The notes: generated by a model not told the origin, from the sequence alone. A DNA stretch of 36,200 bases from Octopus sinensis (GCF_006345805.1 NW_021837024.1:1-36200); one strand, 5' to 3'. Shown: positions 11,270 through 21,060, counted from the first letter of the stretch. Numbers and translations: made by a program.

Positions 11270-11735
11270 TCTGGCAGAATCGTTCGCGCGTCGGACAAAA
11301 TGCTCAGCGGCAGTTTTTCCGACACACTGCGTTCAGAGTTCAAACCCCACCGAGGTCAGCTTAGCTTTTTCATCCTTTTGGATTTAATAAAATAAAGTAC
11401 CAGTCAAGTACTGGGGTCAATGCAATCGACTTACTCCACCTTTATCCTCAAAACTACTGGATTTGTGTCAAAATTCGAAAAAATTATTCTTTTCTACTCT
11501 AGGCACAAGGCCCGAAATTTTTTTTGGGGGGGGGGAAGTCGATTAGGTTGACCCCAGTACGCAACTGGTACTTAATTTATCGACCCTGAAAGGATGAAAG
11601 ACAAAGTCGACCTCGGTGGTATTTGAACTCTGATCATAAAGACAGACAAAATGCCTATTTCTTTACTACCCACAAGGGGCTAAACACAGAGGGGACAAAC
11701 AAACGGATTAAGTCGATTGTATCGACCCCAGTGCG
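11270..11735. mobile_element. Two SINE B copies in opposite orientation (+ 11270-11475; - 11490-11735)
   Basis: Plus head 'ctggcagaatcgttcgcgcg', minus body 'gaaaggatgaaagacaaagtcgacctcgg'. Confidence 0.8.
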
Positions 11736-11864
11736 TGTCCAAGTTACGATCATCTCTTCTTTCTTTTGGGTGCAGTCTAGCTAGGACTACGTTTTTCAAT
11801 GTGATGGGCAAACTCAAAAGAATTTGGTCGCTATTTCTCGCAAACGACCTCAAACAAGCTCTGA

Positions 11865-12290
11865 AGTTGTTGTTGTTGTTGCTGTTGCTACGGGGCCCAG
11901 GTCAACTCCGAATGAGTAACCCTATGATAAAAAGCATTTCACTCTTGACCAGTTCATCTTTTCCCTATGTCTAGAGAAATCCAGGACCACATTGTGTAAC
12001 GTATCCTATTTAAGACGAGTGGATATGATTTGAAGAAGATTTAGCTGCTATATCTAGCAGGTGGGATGATTACGAAGTCTCAGTTGTATGTTGTTGCTGT
12101 TGTTGTTGTTGTTTAATCCTGTGTCATCCCTTACCGAACAACTCAATCATAAAAAGTATTCCAGCCGAGATCATCCAGTCCTTTCCTTTGCGCAGAGAGA
12201 ACTCGGGGCAACAATGTCCAGCGCGTCCGGCTGCTATTTCTAGCATGTTGAGCAACCAAATTGAGGCTTTGTCATAACTTCGTGTTGAAC
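11865..12290 (-). mobile_element. Two adjacent family D copies, each with a (GTT)n end
   Basis: (GTT)n at ~11866 and ~12088; 'agatttagctgctatatctagcagg' and 'cggctgctatttctagcatgttgagc'. Confidence 0.65.
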
Positions 12291-12965
12291 ACTCACCGAA
12301 TGAATACAAATGCATACCAAAAATGACAGGCGTCATCGTCTGTATATTTATTTGATTAGCGATGCTTAAATTGTGATTTTCTGTTGTTAACCGGTGATAA
12401 GAAAAGCTTCTTTCAATAATATATATTTTTTCCTTGTTATATTTTCTTTTCCGCTGTTAACATAATTCAAACCCTACTTCTAAAAGTGCAGAAGTCATTC
12501 ACATTGAAGTCATTCACGTGAAGGGCAGGCAGTGTTTCATTGTATGGTGGTCTTAGCGAAAGAGGTTGTGTGGTGGACCAGATTGACAGGGCTGGAGACA
12601 GATACAGTATCTGAGATACTGTGCTCTTTGATCAAGCCCTCATAAACTTTTTCAAGTTTCTTTTGCAAAGGAAAGTGAGGGTAGAAAGAGAAGTGCTGCG
12701 TCTCAGCAATTTTGTTGAAAAGTGGGGGGAATGTGCCAAAACTGGTTCGATTGAACGGACAACGGGGAGAAAGCTCTTGCCCTAGTGATAAGGGCCTCCG
12801 TGGTTTTGTGGAGTTTCTTCGAGAAGCTCTCAGAAGTTTTTTTTTTTTGGGGGGGGGGGGGTAAGTTTCCGTTGTTAAAATTTATTTTATGTAACCCCAC
12901 ACTGTACTGTCTCGTACGGCCTTCAATGTTTTTTGTGGACCCACAATGGTCAATAAAGAAAACAT

Positions 12966-13175
12966 CCTAAAGGCGACGAGTTGGCGGAATCGTTAGCATG
13001 CCGGACAAAATGCTTAACAGCATTTCGTCTGGCTTTATGTTCTGAATTCCCCCGAGGTCAACTTTGCCTTTCATCCTTTCAGGGTCGATGAAATAAGTAC
13101 CAGTTGAGGACTGGGGTCGATGAAATTGACTTATCCCTTCCCCTGAATTTTCTGGCCTTGTGCCAAAACTAGAAA
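12966..13175 (+). mobile_element. SINE B (tail-2 type)
   Basis: 'aaggcgacgagttggcggaatcgttagc...ttgcctttcatcctttcagggtcgatgaaataagtaccag...ggccttgtgccaaaactagaaa'. Confidence 0.85.
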
Positions 13176-13245
13176 CCATTATTATCATTATTATTATTAT
13201 TATTATTGAGTGAGAGAGCAGTTCATGCCATCAAAGTGACACTGG

Positions 13246-13277
<32 letters not shown>

Positions 13278-13483
13278 TCTTCCCGTCGCTACGTTCTGAG
13301 TTTAAATTTCAAAGGGAACCTAGGGTCAAAGCTTATTGGAAGGTGAGGGGAAGGCCAGCTGATACATCGATCCGGGACCTTGACATTCAGAGAGGGGTCC
13401 TTGACGATCTACTTTGGCCTTCTCGAAGAAAAAATATTTGTTCATTTAAGCAAAAATATGACAAGTTTTAAACACAGATTTAT

Positions 13484-15056
13484 TCAGTCAATGATATAAT
13501 TACCATTTCCATCTTGTGGCAGGAGATATTCTTTTCTACTCTAAGCACAAGACCCGAAATTTTGGGGCAGGGGCCAGTCGATTAGATTGACCTCCGTATG
13601 CAACTGGTACTTAATTTATCGACTCCGAAAGGATGAAAGGCAAAGTCGACCTCGGCGGAATTTGTACTCAGAACGTAGCGGCAGACGAAATACCTATTTC
13701 TTTACTACCCACAAAGGGCTAAACACAGAGAGGACAAACAAGGACAGACAAACGGATTAAGTCAATTATATCGACCCCAGTGCGTAACTGGTATTTAATT
13801 TATCAACCCCGAAAGGATGAAAGGCAAAGTCGACCTCGGCGGAATTTGAACTCAGAACGTAGCGGCAGACGAAATACCTATTTCTTTACTGCCCACAAGG
13901 GCTTACACACAGAGGGGACAAACAAGGACAGACAAACGGATTAGGTCGATTATATCGACCCCAGTGTGTAATTGGTACTTTATTTATTGACCCCGAAAGG
14001 ATGAAAGGCGAAGTCGACATCGGCGGAATTTGAACTCAGAACGTAACGGCAGACGAAATACGGCTACGCATTTCGCCTGGCGTGCTAAAGTTGCTGCCAG
14101 CTCGCCGCCTTAGAGAGATACTAAAGCCTCCGCTCAAAGAATTTCTTGTCTTTACTAGCGAAAATCTCATTCAGATGAATTTGTACATCCTCTTCAGAAT
14201 TAAAAATCTGTCCATTCAACATTCGTTGAAATAAATGAGAATCCGAAGGCGCAAGATCGTGTGAATTATAGCGTGCAGCAAAACTTCCCAGCCAAGCTCC
14301 AGTAACTTCTTCCGTGTCAACAGAAAAATGTATTGGTCCAGCATTGTCGAAATAAAGGACAATGTACTTATGATTAGTAAGTTCTGGATGATTCTGCTGA
14401 ATGGCTACGTCTAATATCTGGTGGGTCGCAGCTGGTGACAGTACGCATCCGAATTGATTGCTCTGTCCGTGGGAAGAAGCTCAGAAAAGATGGCACCTCC
14501 AGTTCCACCAAACTGAAAGTATAACTTTTTTCGGGTGGAATACTGCTTAAAAGGTTATTTGTGTTATTTCGCGCACTTCCATCAAGATCGCTTGCGCTTT
14601 ACTATCAATTTTTCATCCCTTGTCACCATTCTCTTCGAAAAAATAAAGATCGTTTCCTTCAGGTTTCTGCAACAAATCGCAGATAGAAATCTGTTGGACG
14701 CGGTGAGTTTCATTCAATTGATGTGGGACCCAAGCATCAAGCTTGTTGACGTAACCAAGTTGATGCAGATGGTTTTCAACACTCGATTTGGATATTTGGA
14801 GAATATCTGTGATCACCCTGGTCGTATAACGTGGGGTCGGTATCGACTAACTTCTTCATTTTATTGATGTTAATCTCAGTTGACCGACCAGAGCGAGGGG
14901 CAACGTGAACCGAGAAAATTCCCGATCGAAATCGTGAAAACCATTTCTAGTACACAACGCATATTTGCCTACAGGTTTCCGCCACTTTCTTGCCTATTCT
15001 AAAATAATTTTTTTAAAAAGCATGAGACGTCAATAACATTCGTTTTGGTTCTCCAT
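13484..15056 (-). pseudogene. Nearly full-length mariner (DD34D) transposase pseudogene, interrupted at ~13530-14110
   Basis: ATG at 15056: MENQNE..RLMLF..KWFSRFRSG..PRSGR..ISKSSVENHLHQLGYVNKLDAWVPHQL (WVPHEL motif)..DNAGP..LELGWEVL..DLAPSDSHLF (YSPDLAPSD motif)..FFERRL; resumes after the SINE with ..DGNGNYIID* (stop at 13484). Many stops and frameshifts. Confidence 0.92.
13530..14110 (-). mobile_element. SINE B concatemer (head + three 184-bp-spaced bodies + tail-2)
   Basis: ATGAAAGGC(A/G)AAGTCGAC at 13633, 13817, 14001; head 'gccagctcgccgcctt' at ~14096-14111. Confidence 0.92.
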
Positions 15057-15239
15057 TTTCAAGATGAGCCCAAGACACGAAATACGATCCAGCTTCGCGT
15101 CAAACTACGTTGAAGCGTCAAGTATCTAACGAGTGCGCATGTGCAAGGGACAGACTGAACTTAACAACTTACTAAAGTGCTTGAAGTTTCGTGCCGACAA
15201 AATATCAGCCGGACGCGTGTATGCGTCAGTAAATGTCAC

Positions 15240-15432
15240 TACCATTGCTTGACAACTAGTGTTGGTTTATTTACATCCCTGTAACTAGGGTTCAGCGAAA
15301 AATTTAGAAAAAAGAATAAGTACCGTACTTTGGGCAAATAAGTACGGGGGTCGATTTGTTCGACTAAACCCTTCAAAGCTGTGCCCCAACATGGCCGCTG
15401 TCCAATGACTGAAAAAAGTAAAAGATAAGAGA
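15240..15432 (+). mobile_element. SINE A 3' half
   Basis: 'cttgacaactagtgttggttta...ggggtcgatttgttcgactaa...catggccgc...aatgactgaaa'. Confidence 0.75.
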
Positions 15433-15581
15433 TAAACTCTTCAGATTCTTCAGAAGCTATCGTGTTGAGATGCCTTGGATTTGAAGAATATTCACGATCT
15501 TCTGTAGCTGCAAGAAGCCATTTTCGAATGAATTGTTCCTACGTCCGTTATATATTGGATTTGCAACAAAGAGTTAACAAA

Positions 15582-15968
15582 TCTTTATATATAAAAGTGA
15601 AGTTGTGTGTCTGTCTCCTACGATTTAGATTCCTAACTACTCCCACATTTTGCGGTGCAATTTAACCAAAACAGGGTATCTTATAGTCGTGATTCATATC
15701 GAGCCCTTCTGGATATTAGCGCGCGTCTACGATGAGTCTACGTTTTAAAAAAAAATTTACCATCATTTTTTTCCATTTTAATGCATTTTTTTGCTATTAT
15801 ATAAGGGAAGTAATTCTCTAAAAATGTCTACGATGAGTCAACGATTTTTAAAAAAATTTACCATAATTTTTTTTCCATTTTTAATGCATTTTTTGGCTAT
15901 AACTCTCTAAAGATGCTTATATAGTTATTTCCCTTACAAACCCGAGCAACGCCGGGCGATACTGCTAG
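15582..15968 (+). mobile_element. Non-autonomous Helitron
   Basis: 5'-TC (TCTTTATATATAAAAG), subterminal GC hairpin CCCGAGCAACGCCGGG 15941-15956, CTAG-3' at 15965-15968, inserted between A (15581) and T (15969), no TSD. Confidence 0.88.
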
Positions 15969-16116
15969 TTGTCAATAAACGTCTTTGAAAATAATAAAGT
16001 GTTTGCTAACACAGGAGTTTGCCACGATATGAAACCGAGCGAGACACAGCTCTATAATCACCACGGAAAAAATATAATATAATTAAATCATATTGTACAT
16101 TGCTCAATAAACATAA

Positions 16117-16272
16117 GCGCAGGAGTGGCTTTTTGGTAAGAAGATTACTTCGTAACCACATGGTTCCGGGTTCAGTCTCACTAAGAGGCACTTTGCTCAA
16201 GTGTCTTCTACTACTGCCTCGAACTGACCAAAGCCTTCTCTGTAGGTTTGGTAAACGAAATTGGAAGCTCAT
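16117..16272 (+). mobile_element. SINE A head half
   Basis: 'gcgcaggagtggc...ggttccgggttcagtctcact...caagtgtcttctact'. Confidence 0.85.
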
Positions 16273-16297
16273 TGAATATATATATATATATATAAAT

Positions 16298-16624
16298 ATT
16301 CTTTTTATTTGTTTCAGTCATTTGACTGCGGCCATGCTGTAGCACCGCCTTTAGTCGAATAAATCGACCCCAGGACTTATTCTTTGTAAGCCTAGTACTT
16401 ATTATATCGGTCACTTTTGCCGAACCGTCAAGTTACGAGGACGTAAGCACACCAGCATCGGTTGTCAAGTGATGGTTGGGGTAGGGAGGAACAAACACAG
16501 ACAAGCATATACATATATATTCATATGACAGGCTTCTTTCAGTTTCTGAGTACCAAATCCACTCACAAGTCTCGGCCTGATTCTATAGTAGAAGACACTT
16601 GCCCAAGGTACCACGCAGTGGGAC
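16298..16624 (-). mobile_element. SINE A lacking the extreme 5' end
   Basis: Tail 'tgtttcagtcatttgactgcggccatgc' to 'gtaccacgcagtgggac'. Confidence 0.88.
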
Positions 16625-16684
16625 AGGCAGCTATTTAGCAATGTATCACCAAAAAGGAAAACTATAATTGCCATTAGATATGAT

Positions 16685-16975
16685 ATCACTTTGATCACTT
16701 TGACCGACCAGTCCGTCAGGCGTCCATTTGACACCGCTGGTCACAGCACGCTGTCCACTCCTCTCTGGATCGCGCCTTTCTCATCCACGTGATCCCAATC
16801 GTCCTCTTGAAATCGTCACTCCACCGTCGTGGAGGTCTTCCGGGTGGTCTTTTCCGCTCACGCGGGTACCACTCGACAACTGCGTGCGTCCACCGATTAT
16901 CGGTGAGCCGGGCGACGTGTCCAGCCCATCTATACTTGCTATATATCGGAGCACTTTAGCTCTTATTTCTAGCAT
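16685..16975 (-). mobile_element. 5'-truncated RTE-clade LINE (ORF C-terminus, short 3' UTR, tandem tail)
   Basis: 16955-16716 translates without stops: SAPIYSKYRWAGHVARLTDNRWTHAVVEWYPRERKRPPGRPPRRWSDDFKRTIGITWMRKARSREEWTACCDQRCQMDA*; the WAGHVAR..RW..W.P..R..GRP..RW pattern is typical of RTE ORF ends; tail CAAAGTGATCAAAGTGAT. Confidence 0.92.
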
Positions 16976-17022
16976 TGTCGGTTTCTAACACCCTCTGTCA
17001 TATCTATCTGCTATATCATACG

Positions 17023-17081
<59 letters not shown>

Positions 17082-17089
17082 ATATATAT

Positions 17090-17222
17090 ATGGTAAAAGA
17101 GCCCGATAGAATAAGTAGCAGGCTTCAAATAAGAAACGTAATGGGGTCGATTCATTCGGCTTTTGTTCCTCCAAGACGGTAACCCAGCATGGCCGCAGTT
17201 TATTGACTGATACAAGTAAAAA
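17090..17222 (+). mobile_element. SINE A 3' fragment
   Basis: 'ccgatagaataagta...ggggtcgatt...ccagcatggccgcagt...tgactga'. Confidence 0.7.
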
Positions 17223-17436
17223 AAGAAAAAAAGAAGTATTATTGTCACTTTCACACACTTTCACACTAAACAAATATTATTTTAATATCGGAAGTAATTT
17301 TATTCAGACATTTCGAAAACGCGTAAGTTTAATTCAACTTAACCGTTTGTTTATTGCGACGTTGGCGCATTCAGAGGCGATAACAATAATCAAACAGTCG
17401 GACTTCGGGGTGGCCTTCATTAGTACGCTCTACATA

Positions 17437-17582
17437 GGCGCTGGCGTGGCTGCTGCGTGGTAAGAGGCTTGCTTCCCAACCATATGGTCCCGGGTTCAGT
17501 AGGTGCCTTCTACTATAGCTTCGGGCCAACCAAAGCCCTTTGAGTAAATTTGGTAGACCGAAACTGAAAGAAACCCGTCGTA
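17437..17582 (+). mobile_element. SINE A head half with internal deletion
   Basis: 'ggcgctggcgtggctg...cgggttcagt...ctactatagc...gaaactgaaagaaacccgtcg'. Confidence 0.85.
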
Positions 17583-17604
17583 TATATATATATATATTAT
17601 TATT

Positions 17605-17978
17605 ATTTTTTTTGTTTCAGTCAATTGACTGCGGCCATGCTGGAGCACTCCCTTTTAGTCGAGCAAATCGATCCCAGGACTTATTCTTTGTAAGCCTAGT
17701 ACTTATTCTATCAGTCTCCGAACCGCTAAGTTACGAGAACATATACACACCATGTTATAGCGATGTTAGGTGGGGGGACAAACACACACACACATATATT
17801 TATATACATATATACGACGGGCTTCTTTCAGTTTCCGTCTACCAAATCCATTCACAAGGCTTTGGTCGGCCCGAGGCTATAGTAGAAGATACTTGCCCAA
17901 GGTTCCACGCAGTGGGACTGAACCCAGAGCCATGTGGTTGGTAAGCAAGCTACTTACCACACAGCCACTCCTGCGCCT
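17605..17978 (-). mobile_element. SINE A, full length (best reference copy)
   Basis: Reverse complement begins AGGCGCAGGAGTGGCTGTGTGGTAAG (A-box-like TGGCTGTGTGG), B-box-like GGTTCAGTCCC; complete body and tail. Should be compared with the published octopus OK/OR1/OR2 SINEs; I cannot assign it. Confidence 0.92.
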
Positions 17979-18000
17979 GCGCCCACATATATATATATAT

Positions 18001-18055
<55 letters not shown>

Positions 18056-18084
18056 CTGTGTGTGTGTTTGTCTTTGTGTCTGTG

Positions 18085-18210
18085 AACGATTGAATAAGTA
18101 CTAGGCTTTAAAAAACAAGTCCTGGGGTCGATTTGTTCGACTAAGGCCCTTCAAGGCGGTGCTCCAGTATGGCCGCAGTCAAATGATTGAAGAAGGATAA
18201 AAATAAAAGA
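18085..18210 (+). mobile_element. SINE A 3' fragment
   Basis: 'gaataagtactaggctt...cctggggtcgatttgttcgactaagg...ggccgcagtcaaatga'. Confidence 0.75.
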
Positions 18211-18334
18211 ATACTATTCGAACAGATATGGCACAAAGGAAAAGAGTGGACACAAAGGACATTGAATATTAAGATCGGACATTCACGTGTGGGCAGAATC
18301 TTTCGAGGCGTGAGGCATAAACTGAACTTTTTTG

Positions 18335-18494
18335 CATGGGGTATGACTTGAAGTTTGCTTCCCAACTACATGGTTTCGGGTTCAGTTCCACTGTGTGGCA
18401 CCTTGAGCAAGTGTCTTGTAATATTATCCTGGCCAGCCAAAGAAGCTCGTCGTGTATATGTGTGGGGGGAGGGTGTCTATATATGTACGTGTGT

Positions 18495-18565
<71 letters not shown>

Positions 18566-18785
18566 TGCGTCTGTCATCTCCACCACCATTTGACAACCGG
18601 TGTTGGTTTGTTGATGTCCCCGTAACCTAGCGGTTCGGCAAAAGTAACCGATAGGGTAAATGCCAGACTCGAAACTTATTAAAAAAATAAGTATAGTTCG
18701 ATTTGTACGACTAAAAAAACCTTTCGAGGTGGTACTCCAGTATGGCCGAAGCCCAGTAATGGAAACAAGTAAATGAAAAGATAAA
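18335..18785 (+). mobile_element. SINE A with expanded internal (GT)n/(GCGT)n
   Basis: 'catggtttcgggttcagttccactgtgtggcaccttgagcaagtgtc' ... 'gacaaccggtgttgg...gcggttcggcaaaag'. Confidence 0.85.
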
Positions 18786-19087
18786 TTGACCGAAAAGTCC
18801 CAAACTCATACCTGTTAAGTTAATTACTAACGCAATAAAGACAAAACTGTACTACTGATACAAAACTGTTACAAAACGTTTTTATCTCAAAATGTCTGAT
18901 AAATTTTTTGATACTTACACGTTATTAAACACAGCAGAGAAGTTCAAACAGCAAACAAAAGACGTTTCGAATTGCCATATTAAAAACGTCGACGATAGAA
19001 CATGATATTGCTTACACTGGGGAGTAATGACCAGGATAGAATGAAAAGCTACCAAACTAGGCTGCAAAATACGCTCTCATAGATACT

Positions 19088-19272
19088 ACATTTCCGGCAT
19101 ATAAGTCGACCTGGTATATAGTGTAGATATGCTGTGTAAACCGTCAAATATCGTCACTATCTTTCCAGATCCCACTACTTTTCCCATGGAGTTTTTTGGT
19201 CGCCCAAAGTTGTCCTCCCATTTTTGGCTGTAAATTTTGGTCAGGCTAATTCAATTTGTATGCCGGAAAATA
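19088..19272. mobile_element. Degenerate Tc1/mariner-superfamily (Tc2-like) MITE
   Basis: ATTTCCGGCATATAAGTCGAC at left and TTTGTATGCCGGAAAATA at right are imperfect inverted repeats resembling CCGTATTTTCCGG-type ends; TSD not clear. Confidence 0.45.
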
Positions 19273-19298
19273 AGCTAATAACAAATGGAAAATTAATA

Positions 19299-19850
19299 AC
19301 AGGCGCTGGCATGGCTGTGTGATTAAGATGTCCGCTTTACAACCATTTGGTTTCGAGTTAAGTCCCACTGGATCTTTTCGGTTTGAACGGCAGTTTTTTT
19401 TTCTAGCGGTGTCATATGAAATTGTCACCCATAATTATGACCCTAGTATCGATCTATTGCATTTCAATCTGTTTTAGGGTTAGAGTTAGGGTTAGGGTTA
19501 GAGTTAGGGTTAGGGTTAGGGTTAGGGTTAAGGGCGGGGGAAAGGGTATCTTTTTTCTTCACAAATGTAAATAAACCCAATCTGTTTCTTAAACGAGGAA
19601 CATATTCATACGGCACAGAATGTTTTCACCTCAATAGGCGTCATTGATTGGTTGAAATTGCAGAAATTGAAGAAAAAAACAACAAATATCTTACAAACTA
19701 TAGAATTTTCTCAATAAAGCCAAGAGAAAAAGATGTTTTATAAACACATTCTACCAGTATACGAAGTTTAAAAGTGTTTAGTTACGTGGAAATTATTTTA
19801 AAAAACTGCCGGTCAAACCGAAAAGATCCGTCCCACTACACGGCATCTTA
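19299..19850 (+). mobile_element. SINE A head split by the TIR element at 19370-19829
   Basis: 'aggcgctggcatggctgtgtgattaag...gagttaagtcccact' resumes as 'gtcccactacacggcatctt'. Confidence 0.8.
19370..19829. mobile_element. 460-bp non-autonomous TIR transposon, 8-bp TSD, GG termini (Merlin-like; hAT not excluded), internal telomeric repeat
   Basis: 30-bp TIR GGATCTTTTCGGTTTGA(A/C)CGGCAGTTTTTT with 1 mismatch; TSD GTCCCACT 19362-19369 and 19830-19837; nine TTAG(G/A)G units 19474-19527. Confidence 0.93.
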
Positions 19851-19854
19851 GAAG

Positions 19855-20010
19855 TTTCCTATACACACGTCAGATGTCGAAGTGGTCGCAAAGTAACGTG
19901 AGATGAAGTGCTTTGGGCCCGAGAATACAATGTACCGTCTGGTACGAGAATCGAACCCATGATGTCGCGATCCTGAGTGTAACGCGCTAACCACTGTATG
20001 CCATGCACTC
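19855..20010 (-). mobile_element. SINE C
   Basis: Reverse complement 'gtgcatggcatacagtggttagcgcg...atgggttcgattctcgtacc...gcgaccacttcgacatctgac', homologous to 1030-1190. Confidence 0.75.
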
Positions 20011-20464
20011 TCTCATACACAAACAGACAGATTATATATAAACTCTGATATACATGCACGTGTATGTGTGCATACACGTGCATGCAACATATAGTGTCAG
20101 TATATGTAAATGTGTATTTGCGTGTGTGTGTGTGTGTGTGCATTTTGATATCTCATATTGTAGAGGCAAAATACCTGAGGAATTTGAAAAGGGTGAGATT
20201 GCCAACGCAGGTGTACTCTAGTTTCAAGCAGAACATAGATTTTTGGGGTATGTAGTATATTCAACGTGACCGAATTCACATAACTTACAAGAACGACCAC
20301 CTAGTCCAATCAATGCATAGCAGAAGACAGTTAAGCCTATCAACCATTAATACATGCTTCTTCTTCACGTAAGGTCAACTATGTGACTACATATGGTATA
20401 CAATATGCATAGATAAATATTTATCTTATAAATGTATGTTTGCGTCTGTGTGTATCTCTCTCTC

Positions 20465-20479
20465 TCTCTCTTTGTATGT

Positions 20480-20521
<42 letters not shown>

Positions 20522-20559
20522 GTAAACATATATATATATATATATATATGTATACATGG

Positions 20560-20616
<57 letters not shown>

Positions 20617-20712
20617 AAGTACACACACATAATTATATAATTATATTAAAGGGATCCACTTGATAAAATCATTAAATTAATTTTATCCTTAATTCTATAA
20701 AGAATAATATAT

Positions 20713-20755
<43 letters not shown>
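20465..20755. repeat. (TA)n/(GA)n microsatellite cluster
   Basis: Directly visible. Confidence 0.9.
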
Positions 20756-20760
<5 letters not shown>

Positions 20761-20761
20761 G

Positions 20762-20978
20762 TGTGTGTGTGTGAACCTCGTGTGTACCGTTGGCGATTTT
20801 TTTCCTCTGTCTTCCCTTCTCTGGATCTTTCCTTCTCCTATGTTTCTGACGAAGAGCTCCGCTCGAAACGTTAAACCCTCCTTCTTTCCCTCTTTCCTGA
20901 GCGTCCAATAATACTATATTTGTTCCACGTCCTCGCGTTGTTGTGTTTTTTTTTGTGCTTTCTTGTTTGGATTAACTA
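20762..20978 (+). mobile_element. Probable Penelope-like element terminal repeat (solo pLTR-like)
   Basis: Pyrimidine-rich unit containing CTGACGAAGAGC..GCTCGAAACGTT, the hammerhead-type motif known from Penelope-like element ends; no coding sequence seen. Confidence 0.55.
20842..20876 (+). ncRNA. Minimal type I hammerhead ribozyme motif (candidate)
   Basis: Stem I GUUU(20842-45)/AAAC(20873-76); core CUGACGA 20846-52 plus extra A; stem II GAGC/GCUC with UCC loop; GAAAC 20865-69; palindromic ACGU as stem III; predicted cut after GUU at 20872. Confidence 0.6.
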
Positions 20979-20984
20979 TACATA

Positions 20985-21060
20985 TAGGGTGTCCATACGT
21001 TACCTTTACAATCTGATACAATAAATTGTGGAAGTTATAAAGATAATTTATGGACACTTA
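20985..21060. mobile_element. ~76-bp Tc1/mariner MITE
   Basis: TATAGGGTGTCCATACGTTACCTTTACAAT vs reverse complement of right end TATAAGTGTCCATAAATTATCTTTATAAC; TA-flanked. Confidence 0.6.

Noticed and set aside
12690-12960. Possible MITE around the poly-T/poly-G run
   Set aside because: No TIRs or TSD could be defined.
13600-14050. CRISPR-like regularly spaced repeats
   Set aside because: Whole 184-bp units repeat with no unique spacers; eukaryotic SINE sequence; no cas genes.
19474-19530. Chromosome end / telomere healing site
   Set aside because: Only nine units, internal to a TSD-flanked TIR element.
20165-20232. Possible micro-exons on either strand (KIPEEFEK +; EYTCVGNLTLFKFL -)
   Set aside because: Splice-like dinucleotides present but no recognisable homology or partner exons; expected by chance.
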